This document shows, one piece after another, positions 13,351 to 27,100 of a DNA stretch of 64,000 nt. The position numbers and the translations under genes are program-made. The stretch comes from the human T2T-CHM13v2.0 reference genome, Homo sapiens. The DNA is taken from the NCBI RefSeq assembly GCF_009914755.1, contig NC_060939.1; one strand, written 5' to 3'. The notes under the pieces were generated by a model, which was given only the letters and a program-made list of their open reading frames with translations, searched no databases and was not told the origin of the DNA. Numbering within the stretch: position 1 is the stretch's first letter; the number at the start of each line of letters is the position of its first letter.

Positions 13351-14196
13351 GTTGCCAGGGGTGTGTCTCTTGGCCCACGCAGATGTTAAGGACCTAGGCA
13401 TCTCTTTTTGTTTGAATTTCAAGCAGGAATTCTTCCCATGAAAAGAGGAGAGATGCTTAAAACCCCAAATCCCAATAGTCAGAGAGCATGGGAAAAGAGC
13501 CACCAACAAAACATTGCTGATCCCAAAGGGCTTTTTTTTTTCCTGCCAGAAGAACCTCTGACAGGGACAGGAAATAGTAACATCACAAGACCCTCTCCAG
13601 ATCAGAAAGACTTCCCACTCCAAATGCCTCAAAGAAAGAAGCAGACATCTCAGCGCAGAGCAGACTATGATGGACAAGAATGCAGAGGGGCATTTGGAAT
13701 AAAATCCAAATCAGACCACAACTGTCTCAAATCCACTGAACTAAAAGACTTACCTGCCCCTTAGTAAGGAGGTGCAGAGACAGACGGACATCAGGACCAC
13801 TGATGCTCTCTCTGCTTGTGGAGATCAGTAGTCAACAGTCACAAGGGTGAGCCCTTCCCAAGAAATACTTTGGGCAGCATCAAAAGTCTCCAATAGAAGA
13901 ACTCTTGGTACCTGCACATACCTGGGCTAGTGGACCCTACCTGACAATTACAGTCAAGGTTCCAGTGCCAAGAGGGAGCAAAACTAGGCAAGCTATGCCC
14001 TTCCTGAACTCTGTCTGGGGATGCACTGCTGTTATGAATATCTGGCGTAGTGATTGGCACATGACTGCCCCCCAAATGTCACGTGTGCAATATCTTACTG
14101 TGAGCAATATCTATTATTTGCAAAGTGATTCTTCATCCATTATCTCCTTTAATCCTTACAATAACCCCACAAGGAAGTTGATATAACAGTGCTCAT

Positions 14197-14603
14197 TGTG
14201 GTAGCCAGGAGTGCTATCCACCAAATATTTCCAGTTCTCCCCGCTTTCTGGGCACATGGTAAAACTGCACTTCCCTGCATCCTTAGAGGTGACCACATGA
14301 CCTGCTCTGACCAGTGAAATGTGAGCAGGATCATGTGGTTACCTCCAGGTGGAAACTCTAAGAGCCCATGTACCTTCATTTTCCCCCACTCCCCCTGTCC
14401 CACTGCCACAGAAATTGGCAACATTTCTGATGGCAACTATTTTGTCAGTCTGAGTCCTTAGAATAAAGACAACATGTAGTGCAGCTTTTCGTGGCCCCAG
14501 GATGGACATGAAAAATAAATTAGAAATAAAACTTTGATGTGATAAGCAACTGAGATTTGGGGCTTGTTTGTTACCGCAGCATCAGCCCATGCTGATTGAT
14601 ACA
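14197..14603 (+). mobile_element. MaLR solo LTR (MLT1I/J-like) inside a MIR (about 14080-14730, minus)
   Basis: TGTGGTAGCC...ctgcacttccctgc...catgacctgctctgaccagtgaaatgtgagc...ttgtttgttaccgcagcat...GATACA. Confidence 0.85.
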
Positions 14604-15968
14604 CTTACGTTACAAATAAGAAAACGAAGGCTGAGATAGGTTAAGTGAACTAACTTGTCTTAAGTAACACAGCAGGACAGTGGCAAACCAAGGATATAAA
14701 GGGTGTTCTTTCTGACTGTAAGTTCAATGTTGCAAACCCATCTTGAACTCAGCCCCTTTGGAACTAGAACTACAGAACGTCTTTTGTCTTCATCATTAAT
14801 CCCTATTCGCAGCTTCAGGCTGAAAAAAAAAATCATACAAGATGAGTCAGTTCATGAGTATCCTCACTGGGTTGAAGCTTCTAAGAACCTTGAAACTTCT
14901 CAATTACAGTCAAAGCTCTTGCCATCAGCAAACAGGCAAGGCCCTATGCTATGCCTCCGTTTCTCTACTAAGGGCAGAATAGAGAAGATGGCTTGGGTCA
15001 TCAGCCCTTTCTACTTTCCTATTTGAGGCTATGAGAGGAGAAAAGTACAGGCATACCAGAGCAATTAGGTGATGGCTTAAGCAGGGGAGGCCAAAAGTCC
15101 TGCCCACACAAAGAATTACACCCACATTAGCTGCAGGCCATGCTGCCAGGTGGTGGTAGAGAAGCCTCAGAGGTCTGGGAATTCTGGAAATAATTGTCAG
15201 TGGAGCTCAGTCATCGGTGAAAAGAAGTGAATGGGGCCTTAGAGGTACAGCCATGTCCAGCATAGAATTTCCTCTAAGAAAAAGAATAGATCCAGCTCCA
15301 TCACCTGGAGGTAAAAATAGCTCAGAGTCACTGCTCCTGGCTCAGGCTGCTAGCCTAAGCCTTTTAATGGAGGTTTTGGGTGCACCACACAGCCAACCTC
15401 ACCCTAGCCCAGGCTTGCATAATGGTCTCCTGGGCAGCCCGTCAGGCCTGTGGTCACTACACAATGTCCTTCATAGGTGCCTCTGAGTTGGCCCAGCCTT
15501 GTCCAGCAGTTTCAATGTGCTGGGCCTCAGGGCAGGTGTGGTTTCTTGTTTCATGGTGTCTCAGCTCCCCAAAAGGAGATCTAGGACGCCCAGGACAAGA
15601 AAGGGTTCCTGTAAATTGAGCATTTACCAGGTCACATGCGTTGCCCTGGACATTTTACTTAATCATTTAGACTTAAGTCATTTAGACTTCATAGTCCTTC
15701 TGTTGGACTGATCCTGTTCCATTCATTTTGCATCGAGGAAACTGAGACTCTGGAGAAAAGCACCATAGCACAGTGCCTGGCAAGTATTAAATACTCACAT
15801 AAACAATAATTCTTATTATTACCAAGGTCATCAACAGTCATCATCATCATTGAGAAGATCCAGACTTTGAGATCATCTCAAAGATCCATCATTGAGAAGA
15901 TCCAGACTTCAAATCATTCCATAGTGTCTCCAAACCCCTTCTCTTAGACATCAGAAAACTCTTTAGAG

Positions 15969-16153
15969 CAAAGTTTATCAAACTTTGATGCAAATCAGAA
16001 TCACTTCAGAAGTTCTGAAAAAGAAAAAAACACAGATGCATGGGTTCTATCCTAGTCCAGATAAATAAGAGTAAACAGATTTGGGGCCCAAGTTTTGGTA
16101 TGTTATTGTGGTTTCCCAATAATTCTAATATACCTCCTAAGTTTGAGAGCCCT
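15969..16153. mobile_element. MER5B/MER5A-like DNA transposon
   Basis: tcaaactttgatgcaaatcagaatcac...attctaatatacctcctaagtttgagagcc. Confidence 0.7.
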
Positions 16154-16327
16154 TAACTTAAATAGAAGAAAGTTTCACTGTCACCCACATACCTACCCTC
16201 AGTCCCAATACCTCACTCACTCTCCTATGTACTGGGATGGAGTCTCTAAAGTCTGAGATCTCCTGCCTTAAATCCTGGATAACTAATCTTTGACCATTAG
16301 TTCCCTAAGAAAAGTGGTGTGGGTGGC

Positions 16328-17169
<842 letters not shown>

Positions 17170-17191
17170 ATTATGCTTGTAGGTAAAGAAT

Positions 17192-17654
17192 TAAGGTAGG
17201 TACAGCTGTTGCCCTCAAGGATGCCCATATCTGAATCCCTGGACCTCTAAATATGTTACAACGTGGCAAAGTGGACTTTGAAGATGTGATTGTGTTAAGG
17301 ATTTTGAAATGAGATTTTCCCAGATTATCCTGGTAGGCTCAATGTCATTATAAGGATCCTTAAATAGGAAAGACAGGGACAGAAGAGTTTGAATCAGAGA
17401 CACAGCAGCATGAGAAAGACTTGGCCCACCATTACTGACTTTGTAGTTGGAAGAAGAGACCATGACCAAGGAATGCAGTCTCTAGAAGCTGTTCTTCCCA
17501 GGGGCCTCCAGAAGGAACATGGGCTGTAATGAAATTTTGATTTTAGCTGAGTGAGATCTATCTCTATCTTCTGACCTCTAGATATGTAAGATAATTTGTT
17601 TTAAGCCACCAAGTCGGTAGCGATTAGTTATAGCAGCAATAGGAAACTAACACA
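17192..17654 (+). mobile_element. MaLR solo LTR (MLT1D-like)
   Basis: aaatatgttac...ggactttgaagatgtgatt...gattatcctggtaggctcaatgtcatt...gcagcaataggaaactaacaca. Confidence 0.88.
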
Positions 17655-18244
17655 GGCATGAACAGGACACTACTAGGAAGAGTTTTTTCTGCACAAATAC
17701 AGTAGTGTTGACATCCCTGTAGGAAGCTAGGCTTTGACGAGGCAAGTACAGTTATTGGGATAAAGCAATGGGGTTCATGAGAATAAGGATGTCACTAGTT
17801 TGCCCCCTTAGGAGAACCCAATTGGAATAGTACAGTGTCTTAGCCCCGGAGCATTTCCCTAACATACCCACCAGCTGTCCCACAAAAGCATGCCACAGAC
17901 TAACCCCTTTGGAGGGTTACTGAGAGGGTGAGATAATGCAGGACAGAGGCAATCCTGCTTGACATGTCTATAGCGTCATCTCCAGGGACTAGCGAGGCAG
18001 AGAGCTGCCTACACAATCCCCAGCTGGCCTTCCTACTGGTATCACACACTCCCATCTCCTTCCCACTCCTCAACTTCCAGAAGATAGAGGTTGAGTCAGG
18101 AGTGATGAGACAGCATTGGAGAGCCACTCTCCACAACCACCCCTGGACCTCAAAGCCACTAAAATGTCCATGGCCAAATCTGACTTTACTCAAACAAGTA
18201 ACCTCCCCACCCTGACCCCAGACTACCCAAGAGTCTACCTACTG

Positions 18245-18570
18245 AATTTCTATTATAATTAAGACTTCTCACTCTACATAGTTCATCTAATTTTGTCCCT
18301 GGTGAATCAGTGTAGTAGCAACTGAGAAACCAAGGCTCAGAGAAGTTAACTGGTTGCAAAGCCAAGGCTGGAATCTAGATTTCCTGATTCCAGTCCTACA
18401 TCCTGTCCACCAAACCACACTTTTCCCCACTTTTAGCAAAAGAACTCAAAATAAAATCTAATCGCCAGGGCTGTGAGACAGACAGAACTAAGTTCCAAGG
18501 CTGGCTCTGTCACAGAATTCCTGTCATTTCCCCGAGCCTCATTTACTCCATCCCTGAAATGAAGATCTAG
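18245..18570. mobile_element. Two MIR fragments (minus then plus)
   Basis: actgagaaaccaaggctcagagaagttaac...; ttccaaggctggctctgtcac...gagcctcatttactccatccctgaaatg. Confidence 0.55.
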
Positions 18571-18759
18571 TGGGAAAACATGAGACTGAGTCTGTGATAG
18601 TGTCAGAGAGCTGAGGAGAAACACAGAAATACCCAGAAAGTCAGTAGCCACCCCCACTCAAATTTCCAGACCCAAAGCAGGACACCGTGAGAAGAAGAAA
18701 AAAAAATTCTCCAAATTTTTTTTTTTCCACAACAAACTTCGAAAACTAGAATGTGGGTG

Positions 18760-19080
18760 TGAGCATTACTTTAAGGATTTTTTAAGTGACACGTGGATCA
18801 CCTGTCAGGGAGCCAGGACCGGAATGCTGGTTTTAATTACACCGAATATTTCACTTTCTTATGCAGAGGCATAATCAATTATCTTATTTAAAGGCATTAC
18901 GATAATGTGTGTGTAAAATGGAGCCATTCCCTGTATTGCATTAGATTCTGCTAATTATAGGAGAATGTTTGGAGCTAAAATGTCAACTTGTCATCCGGAT
19001 GGCTTGTAATTCAGGATTTGCATTCATAGACGGGAAGGGAACTCTAACAAAAATTGCATTCAGCTCGAGCTCGTCTAGCC
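18760..19080. promoter_or_regulatory. Candidate conserved non-coding / enhancer-like element
   Basis: Repeat-free; TTAAGTG, CACGTG (18790), CTGTCA (18802), GGAATG (18821), several TAAT/ATTA, ATTTGCAT (19016). Function inferred from motif content only. Confidence 0.4.
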
Positions 19081-19364
19081 TCTACCTCACAGGCTCCAGC
19101 AGCAAGGAGGGAATTGATCTCTGCTCTGCCCCTGCTCCTATCCGCAGGATAGTGGGCTCTCCATCCTCAAGAGGGCAAGGGAGGGCTGTAGGAGTAGCGG
19201 CAGCAAACCACACCAGCTACAAAAATGGAAACACAAGATCCCTGCTGAAAACCTACCCACTCACCTCATTAGTTTTCTTCCTAGTAACAGAGATTCCAAA
19301 CGCGGTTTGTAAAGAGATTAGGTTCCTAAGAACTGACGGTCTTTGGCTTTCTTGGGAATGTCAG

Positions 19365-19725
19365 TTGGATTTAATTCAATTCAACAAATATTTCACTGCC
19401 AAGTGAGTGCCTACTGTGGGCACCATGCCAGGTGTTTAGTGTAGAGGGCACTGGTTCATAGTGTGAGGTCTGGAGCAGACAGCCTGCATCAGCCTCTGGA
19501 ACTTACTAGATGTGTGCACTGTGAGTCAAGCTAACTCTCTGTGCCTCTGATTCCTTGTTTGTAAAATGGGGACAGCAGGGTCATTATAAGGATGAGACAG
19601 ATGATGTCTGTGAAGTGCTTAGAAGGAGACTGATGTCAGTTAAGCAGTCAACAGACCTACCTGACATTGTAGTCATGACCACGACATATGCCAGCTCCAG
19701 GGGAAACAGACATTGAACAAGTAGG
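19365..19725. mobile_element. L2 (minus) interrupted by MIR (plus, about 19440-19660)
   Basis: attcaattcaacaaatattt...gtgcctactgtggg; ctctctgtgcctctgattccttgtttgtaaaatgggg. Confidence 0.7.
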
Positions 19726-21183
19726 AGGGATCCCCTACCCTTCCAGGGGTATTCACCCTAATACCCCACTTTCGCACAGCCACTGGCTTCATAATAAGCT
19801 ATTTCACGTCCTGTATGTCACTGTATCCTCCCCAAACTCATATGATTATCCTCCCAAAACAACAAAAAGGACCTTTCAGAGCAATGAGGTGAGTGATTTC
19901 CCTCTTTCAAGATAACCCTTCTGCCAAGGGGAAGCAAGAATAACAGCCCCTCTGGACAGAGGAGGGAATCCATCCCCCGGTTGAATTCTCTTCTCTCCAG
20001 CCCATCTGCCCAACTCTTCCCAGCTACTGCACACTCAGCCCTGAGTACAGAGGACCAGGGCTGGGATACATCAGGGGCCCTTTTGCTGATAGCAACTACA
20101 GGATGAAAACAACCTGAATAAGCCAGCCAGTGTCAGCAGGACAGGGTCAGCTGGGGCCAGGGTGAGCTGAGGCCAGGGTGCCTATGGGAGAGGTTTTAAG
20201 ATCCAGCCTCCCTCTCCACCACCTAGGCACCATTCCCAGGGCCACTCTAGGTCAGCTGGCTGATTCCTAGGCCACCTCACTTTGTCCTTTTCCTCTCCCC
20301 AACCCTTCCCAGGACCCCAGCCAGCTTTCTTCCAACTACATGCATCTCAGAACTCCCTGAGCAAAGCTTTGGACTTTTCTCCAACTGCCCAGTGCTTCCA
20401 GAAATCCTCCTTCCAGATCAGATTTCACACCTCCATGCCTGGCCTCAGGGCTCAGTGACTTGGACTGTGTCATTCTTCCTGGTTGGAGAGCCCAGCCATA
20501 TGGCCTTGCCCACCTGAACTTGCTCTGCTACCCTCATGAGTGACCAACTCAAAACAAAGTACCCAAGACACCAGCTTTCCCAAACGCCTGTCAAGACCAG
20601 GTTACTTCACCCTCCCCACCACCATCTTTCTTCAACTGCCCTTAGATTTCCAGGAAACTTGTGAGGTTGGATCAGTCTCTGCAGCTCCCAAGGAGAGTGA
20701 CCATATACCACGCCCCCATTCTATCTTCCTTGGACTTTGCTTTTTAGTGGGATCCTGGTGTCTAAGAGCAGAACCATATCTGGAGCACCCCTTTTTCCTG
20801 GGAGTTAGGCTCTTACTCTCCAGCTTTAAAGCTTCTTGTTTTCATTTGTTTTAATAAATGTTTCTCCTTTAAAAATCTTGCATGCCAAAAAAAGGATTGG
20901 ATGTTTATTATAGAAAACTGGAATGTGCAAAAAAGTAGAAGGAAGGGGGAAAAATCATTCATTAATCCTCTGCCAGGAGGGCACTGCAGTTAGCATCTCC
21001 TTGTTGAGTTTCATAGATGGGCTTTTTGAAGTTGAACCAAATCATAGACTGAGAGTTGAAAGTAGTTGCAGCTCACAACACTGTGGAAGTGTGGGATCCA
21101 GTAATCTATGAGACCCACCGATGTTTCATATTTCCTTCCCAAATAGAGGATTTCTTGAAGGTCTAACCCCCTATACACTGAAT

Positions 21184-21508
<325 letters not shown>

Positions 21509-21639
21509 TAGACTGAATCTTTATGAGGCCATGCAGGGTGGCCACTTGGACGTTATTTCAACTGTACTTCACTTTGGTCCCTGGAAAAACCCCTAATATC
21601 TATAGCCCTGTGTCCCTAACCTCTGGGTTTCAATGGTTC

Positions 21640-22030
21640 CCTGCTCCAGTGAGCTCCACATCTCCAGCTCCAGCCCTGGCCCCTATCCTAAGCTCAGAGC
21701 CACATACCCAACTACATCCCAGTGTCTCCTGCTCACACCAAGTGGCTCAAAACTGAACTCACTCATCTTTACCCTTCAGACTTGCTCTGCCACCCACCTC
21801 CTCAGCAGCATTATTTACTCACTCATCGAAGCTGGCAACCTCCAAGTCATCTCTGACTCATCTCTCTTGCTTGTACCAGTAATTCATCAAGTCCCTTTGT
21901 TTCATCTCTGAAATGTCTTGCACATCATTCCTCTCTCATCTCCACCACCACTGCTGAATAATTTCATGTCTTCTTACTGTGGCAACTGACCTTCCTAACC
22001 GACCTCACCCTCCTTTCTCAGCCTCATTGA
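21640..22030 (+). mobile_element. L2 ORF2 3' region fragment
   Basis: catctccagctccagcc...aaaactgaactcactcatctt...gtcatctctgactcatctctc. Confidence 0.7.
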
Positions 22031-22144
22031 CAGTGCTTATCTTCCCAGGCACTTACTATGTCCCAGGCACTTTTCATTGATCACCTCCCAAGGACAAAGT
22101 ACTTATTGTTGGCCCTGTGCTACATTTGAGAATCCAACACTAAG

Positions 22145-22688
22145 CATCTCAGTTATCTATTAACAAGTAGCAAAGAATCCCAAGACTCAAGGCCTTGAAA
22201 CAAGGGTGATTTTTTATGTCTCACAGTCTGTAGGTTTACAATCTGGGTGGTTCTTCTGCAGGTCTTACCTGGGATCACTCATATGGCTGCAGTCATCTGA
22301 CAGCTTGACTGGGGCTGGATGTTGAAGATGTCCTCATTCCATGTCTGGCAGTTGATGCTGGCTGTGAACAAGGCACCTTGGTCCTCCTCCATTTAGGTTC
22401 TCACCTTCCAGTAGGCTACACAGGCTTCCTTTCATGGTGGCCTCGGGGCAGCATTCCAAGAGAGTGGAAAGCAAAAGCTAAAAGGCCTCTTAAAGCCCAA
22501 GCTCCAGAACTCTCCTAATGACAATTCTGCTCTATTTTATTAGTCAGAGAAGCCATAGGCCAGCCCAGTACCAAGGAGATAGAGAGATGTACCTATTAAT
22601 GGGAGAAGTGGCAACATCCTGTTGCAAAAGGGTGAGGACACAGGGAGGCCTGATTCACTGGGAACCATTGTAATAATGAGCTACCACA
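22145..22688 (-). mobile_element. MaLR solo LTR (MLT1H/G-like)
   Basis: tcagttatctatt...ggatcactcatatggctgcagtcatctg...atgtctggcagttgatgctggctgt...ctaccaca. Confidence 0.8.
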
Positions 22689-23619
22689 CTACAGAACTTG
22701 TCCACAGTCATCCACTCAACTTGAAAATCCCAGGATATAAACCTGAGTCTTCTGATTCCAATGTTCTCCCATGTTCACTTTTGTTGCCAGACCTGATTCC
22801 CACCAAGAAGCAGTCAGCAGTGGATGGGTCACTGTGAGTAGTCACTTGATCTGTGCTGCCCACCGTCCTGGATGAAAGTTGCTGTCAACTGGATCAGCAC
22901 CACCTTATCTTCCAGTAGTTCTGGCTTTGATAACAGCTGCTCATCCCACCTTCCCACTCACCATGTCCAGCTTGGCTCCGGCAAGCAGCATAATGCAGGA
23001 CTCGAGAACTCCCCCAGGTCCCCAGACTCCATTAAGAAGCTGATTAAAATTTGATGCTCCCATTTAACACCTATTAGCAAACACAGTGCCCTCCTGCTAG
23101 GAGAGAGAAGTTGGGAGAGGGGCCCTCCCCAGGTCCCAGCAGCACCCTTTGTGCCAGGGTAGCAACCATTAGCTGGAAGAAAGATAAAGAAGAGGTGGAC
23201 TGGGTGTGGAGGGAGGAAGAGTTGGGGGCTGTGTGTTATTTACAAAAGATCACCACTTCCTGAGCCCCAAATTGGGACTGTGAGCTTGAGTCCTCAGTGC
23301 AATTGTCCCACAGTGGACAGTGGAACCAGGCCAGACATGAGAAATTGGCATCCAAGAAACTGCAGCCCAAAGGGATCATGAGGGGCCACTGTCTCTCCCA
23401 CCACCTTCCTACCAGGCAAAGTCTAAACTGTCCAAGACCATGAGAAGATGCATCACGGGAATGAATGTAATCAGGATATCAATGCTGTATTTGAAAGACT
23501 GAATCTCTGTTCCCAAGGTCAGCTGTGGGAATATGCCTCAAAAATCCCCAAGAGGAAGGAGATCCAAGGGAATCGATGGCAGTTTTCCATCCCTTCATTC
23601 CTAGGCAGAATGATTTAGA

Positions 23620-23815
23620 GGCTGAGCACATCCAATTTGGGGTAGGAGGGAAGAGATAATCAGACATATGTTGACTGAGCACTTACTATGTACCAGTCCC
23701 TGGCATGAAGGGGGTCTTACACAGAGCAGGAAACAGAGTCTCTACCCTCAAGGAGTGTATGATTTCACTAAGACCACAGGTGCACAGACACCTGCAGTTA
23801 AGTAACAATACAAGG
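23620..23815 (-). mobile_element. L2 3' fragment
   Basis: tgactgagcacttactatgtaccagtccctgg...acagagtctctaccctcaaggag. Confidence 0.7.
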
Positions 23816-23819
23816 TGTT

Positions 23820-23950
23820 CTTTATATATATTTTAGAGACAAGGTCTTGCTATATTGCCCAGGCTGGTCTCAAACTCCTGGGCTCAAGTGATCTTCCCAC
23901 CTCAGCCTCCGAGTAGCTGGGATTACAGTCAGGAGCCACCAAGCCTGGCC
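23820..23950 (-). mobile_element. FLAM (free left Alu monomer)
   Basis: Single-monomer Alu; TSD aaggtgtt/aagatgtt. Confidence 0.85.
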
Positions 23951-23959
23951 AAGATGTTA

Positions 23960-24300
23960 TTAGAAGGAGCACAGAACTAGAGTCTGAATCCCAGGATTGT
24001 CACTTACTAGCTCCATGAGAAACTTCGTAAAAAACAAATACAAATTTTACGCTCCTGGTGAATGCTTAGCAAACACAATGCCTTCCTGCTAGGACAGAGA
24101 ACTCAAAAGAGGGCTTCCCTGGTAACTTTGAAGGTCAGGGTGGTGATCATTAGGAGGAGCCTAGCAAGTCATGTTTAATCTTAAGCCTCAGCATCCTTAT
24201 CTGTAAAATGGGGATGGTGACACCCACCACACAGGGCTGTTAGGAAGACTGGGTGATACAATGCCCATGAAAGTACAGTGTCCAGTAGCTATTCAAAGTC
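23960..24300 (+). mobile_element. MIR interrupted by a roughly 140-bp non-MIR insert
   Basis: tctgaatcccaggattgtcacttactagct|insert|gcaagtcatgtttaatcttaagcctcagcatccttatctgtaaaatgggg. Confidence 0.75.
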
Positions 24301-25669
24301 AAGCCTTGTGATGACCATGACAAGTGTTAGGAGATGAAGCCACCCTTCCAGGTTATAGAGCTTCCTGAGGTCAGTGAAGTAACATGGAAATCAAGGCATC
24401 TTACCGTTTATCAGATTAGCTTTATTCCCCACAGGCCCCCTCCCTGAGATACAAAGCCCTTCTGGTCCCACCCTCTAACTATGGCCCTCAGCACATCCCA
24501 TAACAGGCGTTTTCACAGCAGAGCCATGACAGCCCCCAGGGGAGCCAGGATGACCAGGGGCCCCCTAGGACCCTTGCCAGTCCTGCGGACATTCCCTCCA
24601 CACACTCACCCCAGCCCCTCAGAGTCTTATGTTAATAAATGGCTCCCCTTATCTCTGGCTCCTCTGTGTCCTTTCCTCCATCCAGCAGTCTTTTGCTTTA
24701 GGACTCAATGCCCTTGGCTTCCCTTTGAAGCCCTGACTTTCCCCATTTACCTAGAACCAGCCCTCAGCACTAAGCTCCAGAGGGTACTGTGGACTTCACA
24801 CTATCACAGGATGGTAGGGGAGGGGACAGGACAGCCAAGGAAGACTGGAGGGGGCAGGGCCCAACGGCACCTTGAAGACTGCACCTCCCCGGGGTTATAG
24901 AAAGGGTGGATGGTGGGGGGCTTCTCAGCAACTGTACCTCACTGAGGGCTAGGGCAGCAAAAGAGTTTTGAGGATGATATGAAGTAAACTTGAGAAAGAA
25001 GACTGGAAGCCAGGGTGGCTGGGCCCGCCCTGCCTGCTGGGACCCAGGTTGTGGTTGTGATCTGGAGACTCTGTTGACTCACAAAAAGTTGGGCACTTTT
25101 AAGCAGTAGAGGGATGGAATCGAATTAATGGTTTTGGGAAGGTGCCTTGGCAGGGGTCAAGGAGGTTCCTTTTGTGGGAGGACAGCTCTGTATGCAGGGT
25201 GACTGGAATCACTCCCAAGGCCCTGCTGCAACTTCCCAACTAGGCAGGGGTTTCAGAAAGAAAGACCACACAAAAGGCGGTGACATTGTTTGCTAGAGTC
25301 TCTGAGCCACACCCTTGATTCCTTGCTCTGGAGTCAAATCCAATTCCCACCCCTTTCCCTCCACCTCCCATGGCTTGCTGTGCCGTCCTCTGCAGCCTCC
25401 AGGTGGCCACAAGAATGTCCTTTCTGGCTTAGGGCCCCCCACACACACTGAAAAACTACCCCCAGCAGGGCATCAGGTTGAAAGAGATTAGAGTTGAGAA
25501 TAATTAACCCAAGATCAGAGCTCCTCTTTGTCACTTACTAACGGTGCAGCCTGGGCAAATTGCTCAATCTTTCTGGGCCTTGGCTTTCTCATCTGTAAAC
25601 TGAGAATCATAAACTCCCTTTGTAGGATAGTGGTGGGATTAAATGAGATAACGTATCTAAATGTATTCC

Positions 25670-26131
25670 CATTGAAGTCAAATAAAGTCTAGAGACAAAT
25701 CTCTAAAGTATAAATGTTTTGTTTTGGGAAGCAAGAATTGCAATTTAGGGCTTACACACAGACCGGGTGGTCTCCAGTATGTCCAGAGAACAAAGAGAAG
25801 GTTGAGAGTTTTATTAGAAAGAGAAATGTTATGCATTGTTTTGAAAGAAAGCTCATTGGCTCTAGAGAAGCCTTTTGGGAGCTGGCAAGCTCTGATTGGT
25901 GGGTGATTGTGGTAAGTAAAACCAGTCTTAGAGTCACGGCAGGTTGTTTCAGCAGTTACTAGGTAAAACTGGCCTTGGGGTCTCAGCAGGCCATTTCAGC
26001 AGTGGCAATTGTGGAAAATTTAATTCTTGGAGCCGGTGTTCCGTGCCCCGAGTACTTTTTTCCCCTGGCTCCTGACTCTGATTTAGTAGAGTATGGCAAG
26101 AATGACCCAGTTTGTGTCATCAACTTTCACA
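25670..26131 (-). mobile_element. ERV1-type solo LTR (family not assigned) inside a MIR
   Basis: Minus strand begins TGTGAAAGTTGATGACACAAACTGGGTCATTCTTG; MIR flanks rejoin across it (gagataacgtatctaaa|tagcccagtgcctggaacacag). Confidence 0.75.
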
Positions 26132-26279
26132 CTCCTAGCCCAGTGCCTGGAACACAGTGGGCCCTCTCCCCTCATTCAGATGCATCATTAGATACCCATT
26201 GGTCATCACAGAGAGAGCACATAATGGGGTGCCTAGTCCATAAACAGCACTCCATTGGGAATCTGTGGCCTTAGAGATG

Positions 26280-26760
26280 GCCTCTCCTCCTCTCTGCTGC
26301 CTGTATCTTCTGTCTCCTGTCCCCACTGCACTGCCTGCATCAGGCTCTCACATGTCATCCTTTCAATCTGTGGGGACAACCTCTCCCTGGTCCTCTTTGC
26401 CATGACCAGGTGAAGCCTCCTGAAAAGTCAAGAAACTGCCATTCCAGCCCCCAGAATGTGCTCAACTCCATCTCATGGCTTATAAAGGCTTCTCATTCCC
26501 ACCCTAACCTGCTCTCCAGCCCAAACACCTTCCCACTTTGCACCTATAATCCAATCACTCCAAACTCCCCACCATCCCCCAGATACCCTGCTTATGCCTC
26601 CATGCCCAAGCAACTGCAATTCTATCTGCCTAGAAGACACATCCCTCCTTTCACCAGCACTGGCTCCAAGTGAAACCCTTGAATACTCGAGACCCAGATC
26701 CATGCCACCTCCTCAGCAAAGCCTTCCCTGGCACCCCTAGTAGATGCCATTGGTTTTTCT
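26280..26760 (+). mobile_element. L2 fragment (continues about 27140-27260)
   Basis: ccccactgcactgcctgcatcaggctctcac...ccacctcctcagcaaagccttccctg. Confidence 0.7.
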
Positions 26761-26767
26761 CTATGCC

Positions 26768-27100
26768 AGGGGCCTGCAATCTATGGCCCACAGGCCAAAT
26801 CCAACCCACCATCTGTTTTTCTACAGACCGTGAGTCAAGAATGGTTTTGACATTTTCAGGTATTTGAAAAGAATCAAAATAATAATATGCCATGTCATGT
26901 GAAGATTATGTGAAATTCACGTTTTAGTGTCCATAAATAGTTTCATCAGAATACAGCCATGCATAATCCCTTAGGCATTGTCCACAGCTGCTTTTGCACT
27001 ACTACAGAGTTGAATAGTTGCAACAGAGACTGCATGACCCACAAAGTTTAAAACATTTACTCTCTGGTCCTTGACATAAAAGAAAAGCTTGCTGATCTTG
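26768..27100 (+). mobile_element. MER58B (hAT-Charlie)
   Basis: caggggcctgcaatctatggcccacaggccaaatcc...gagttgaatagttgcaacagagac...aacatttactctctggtcc. Confidence 0.88.
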
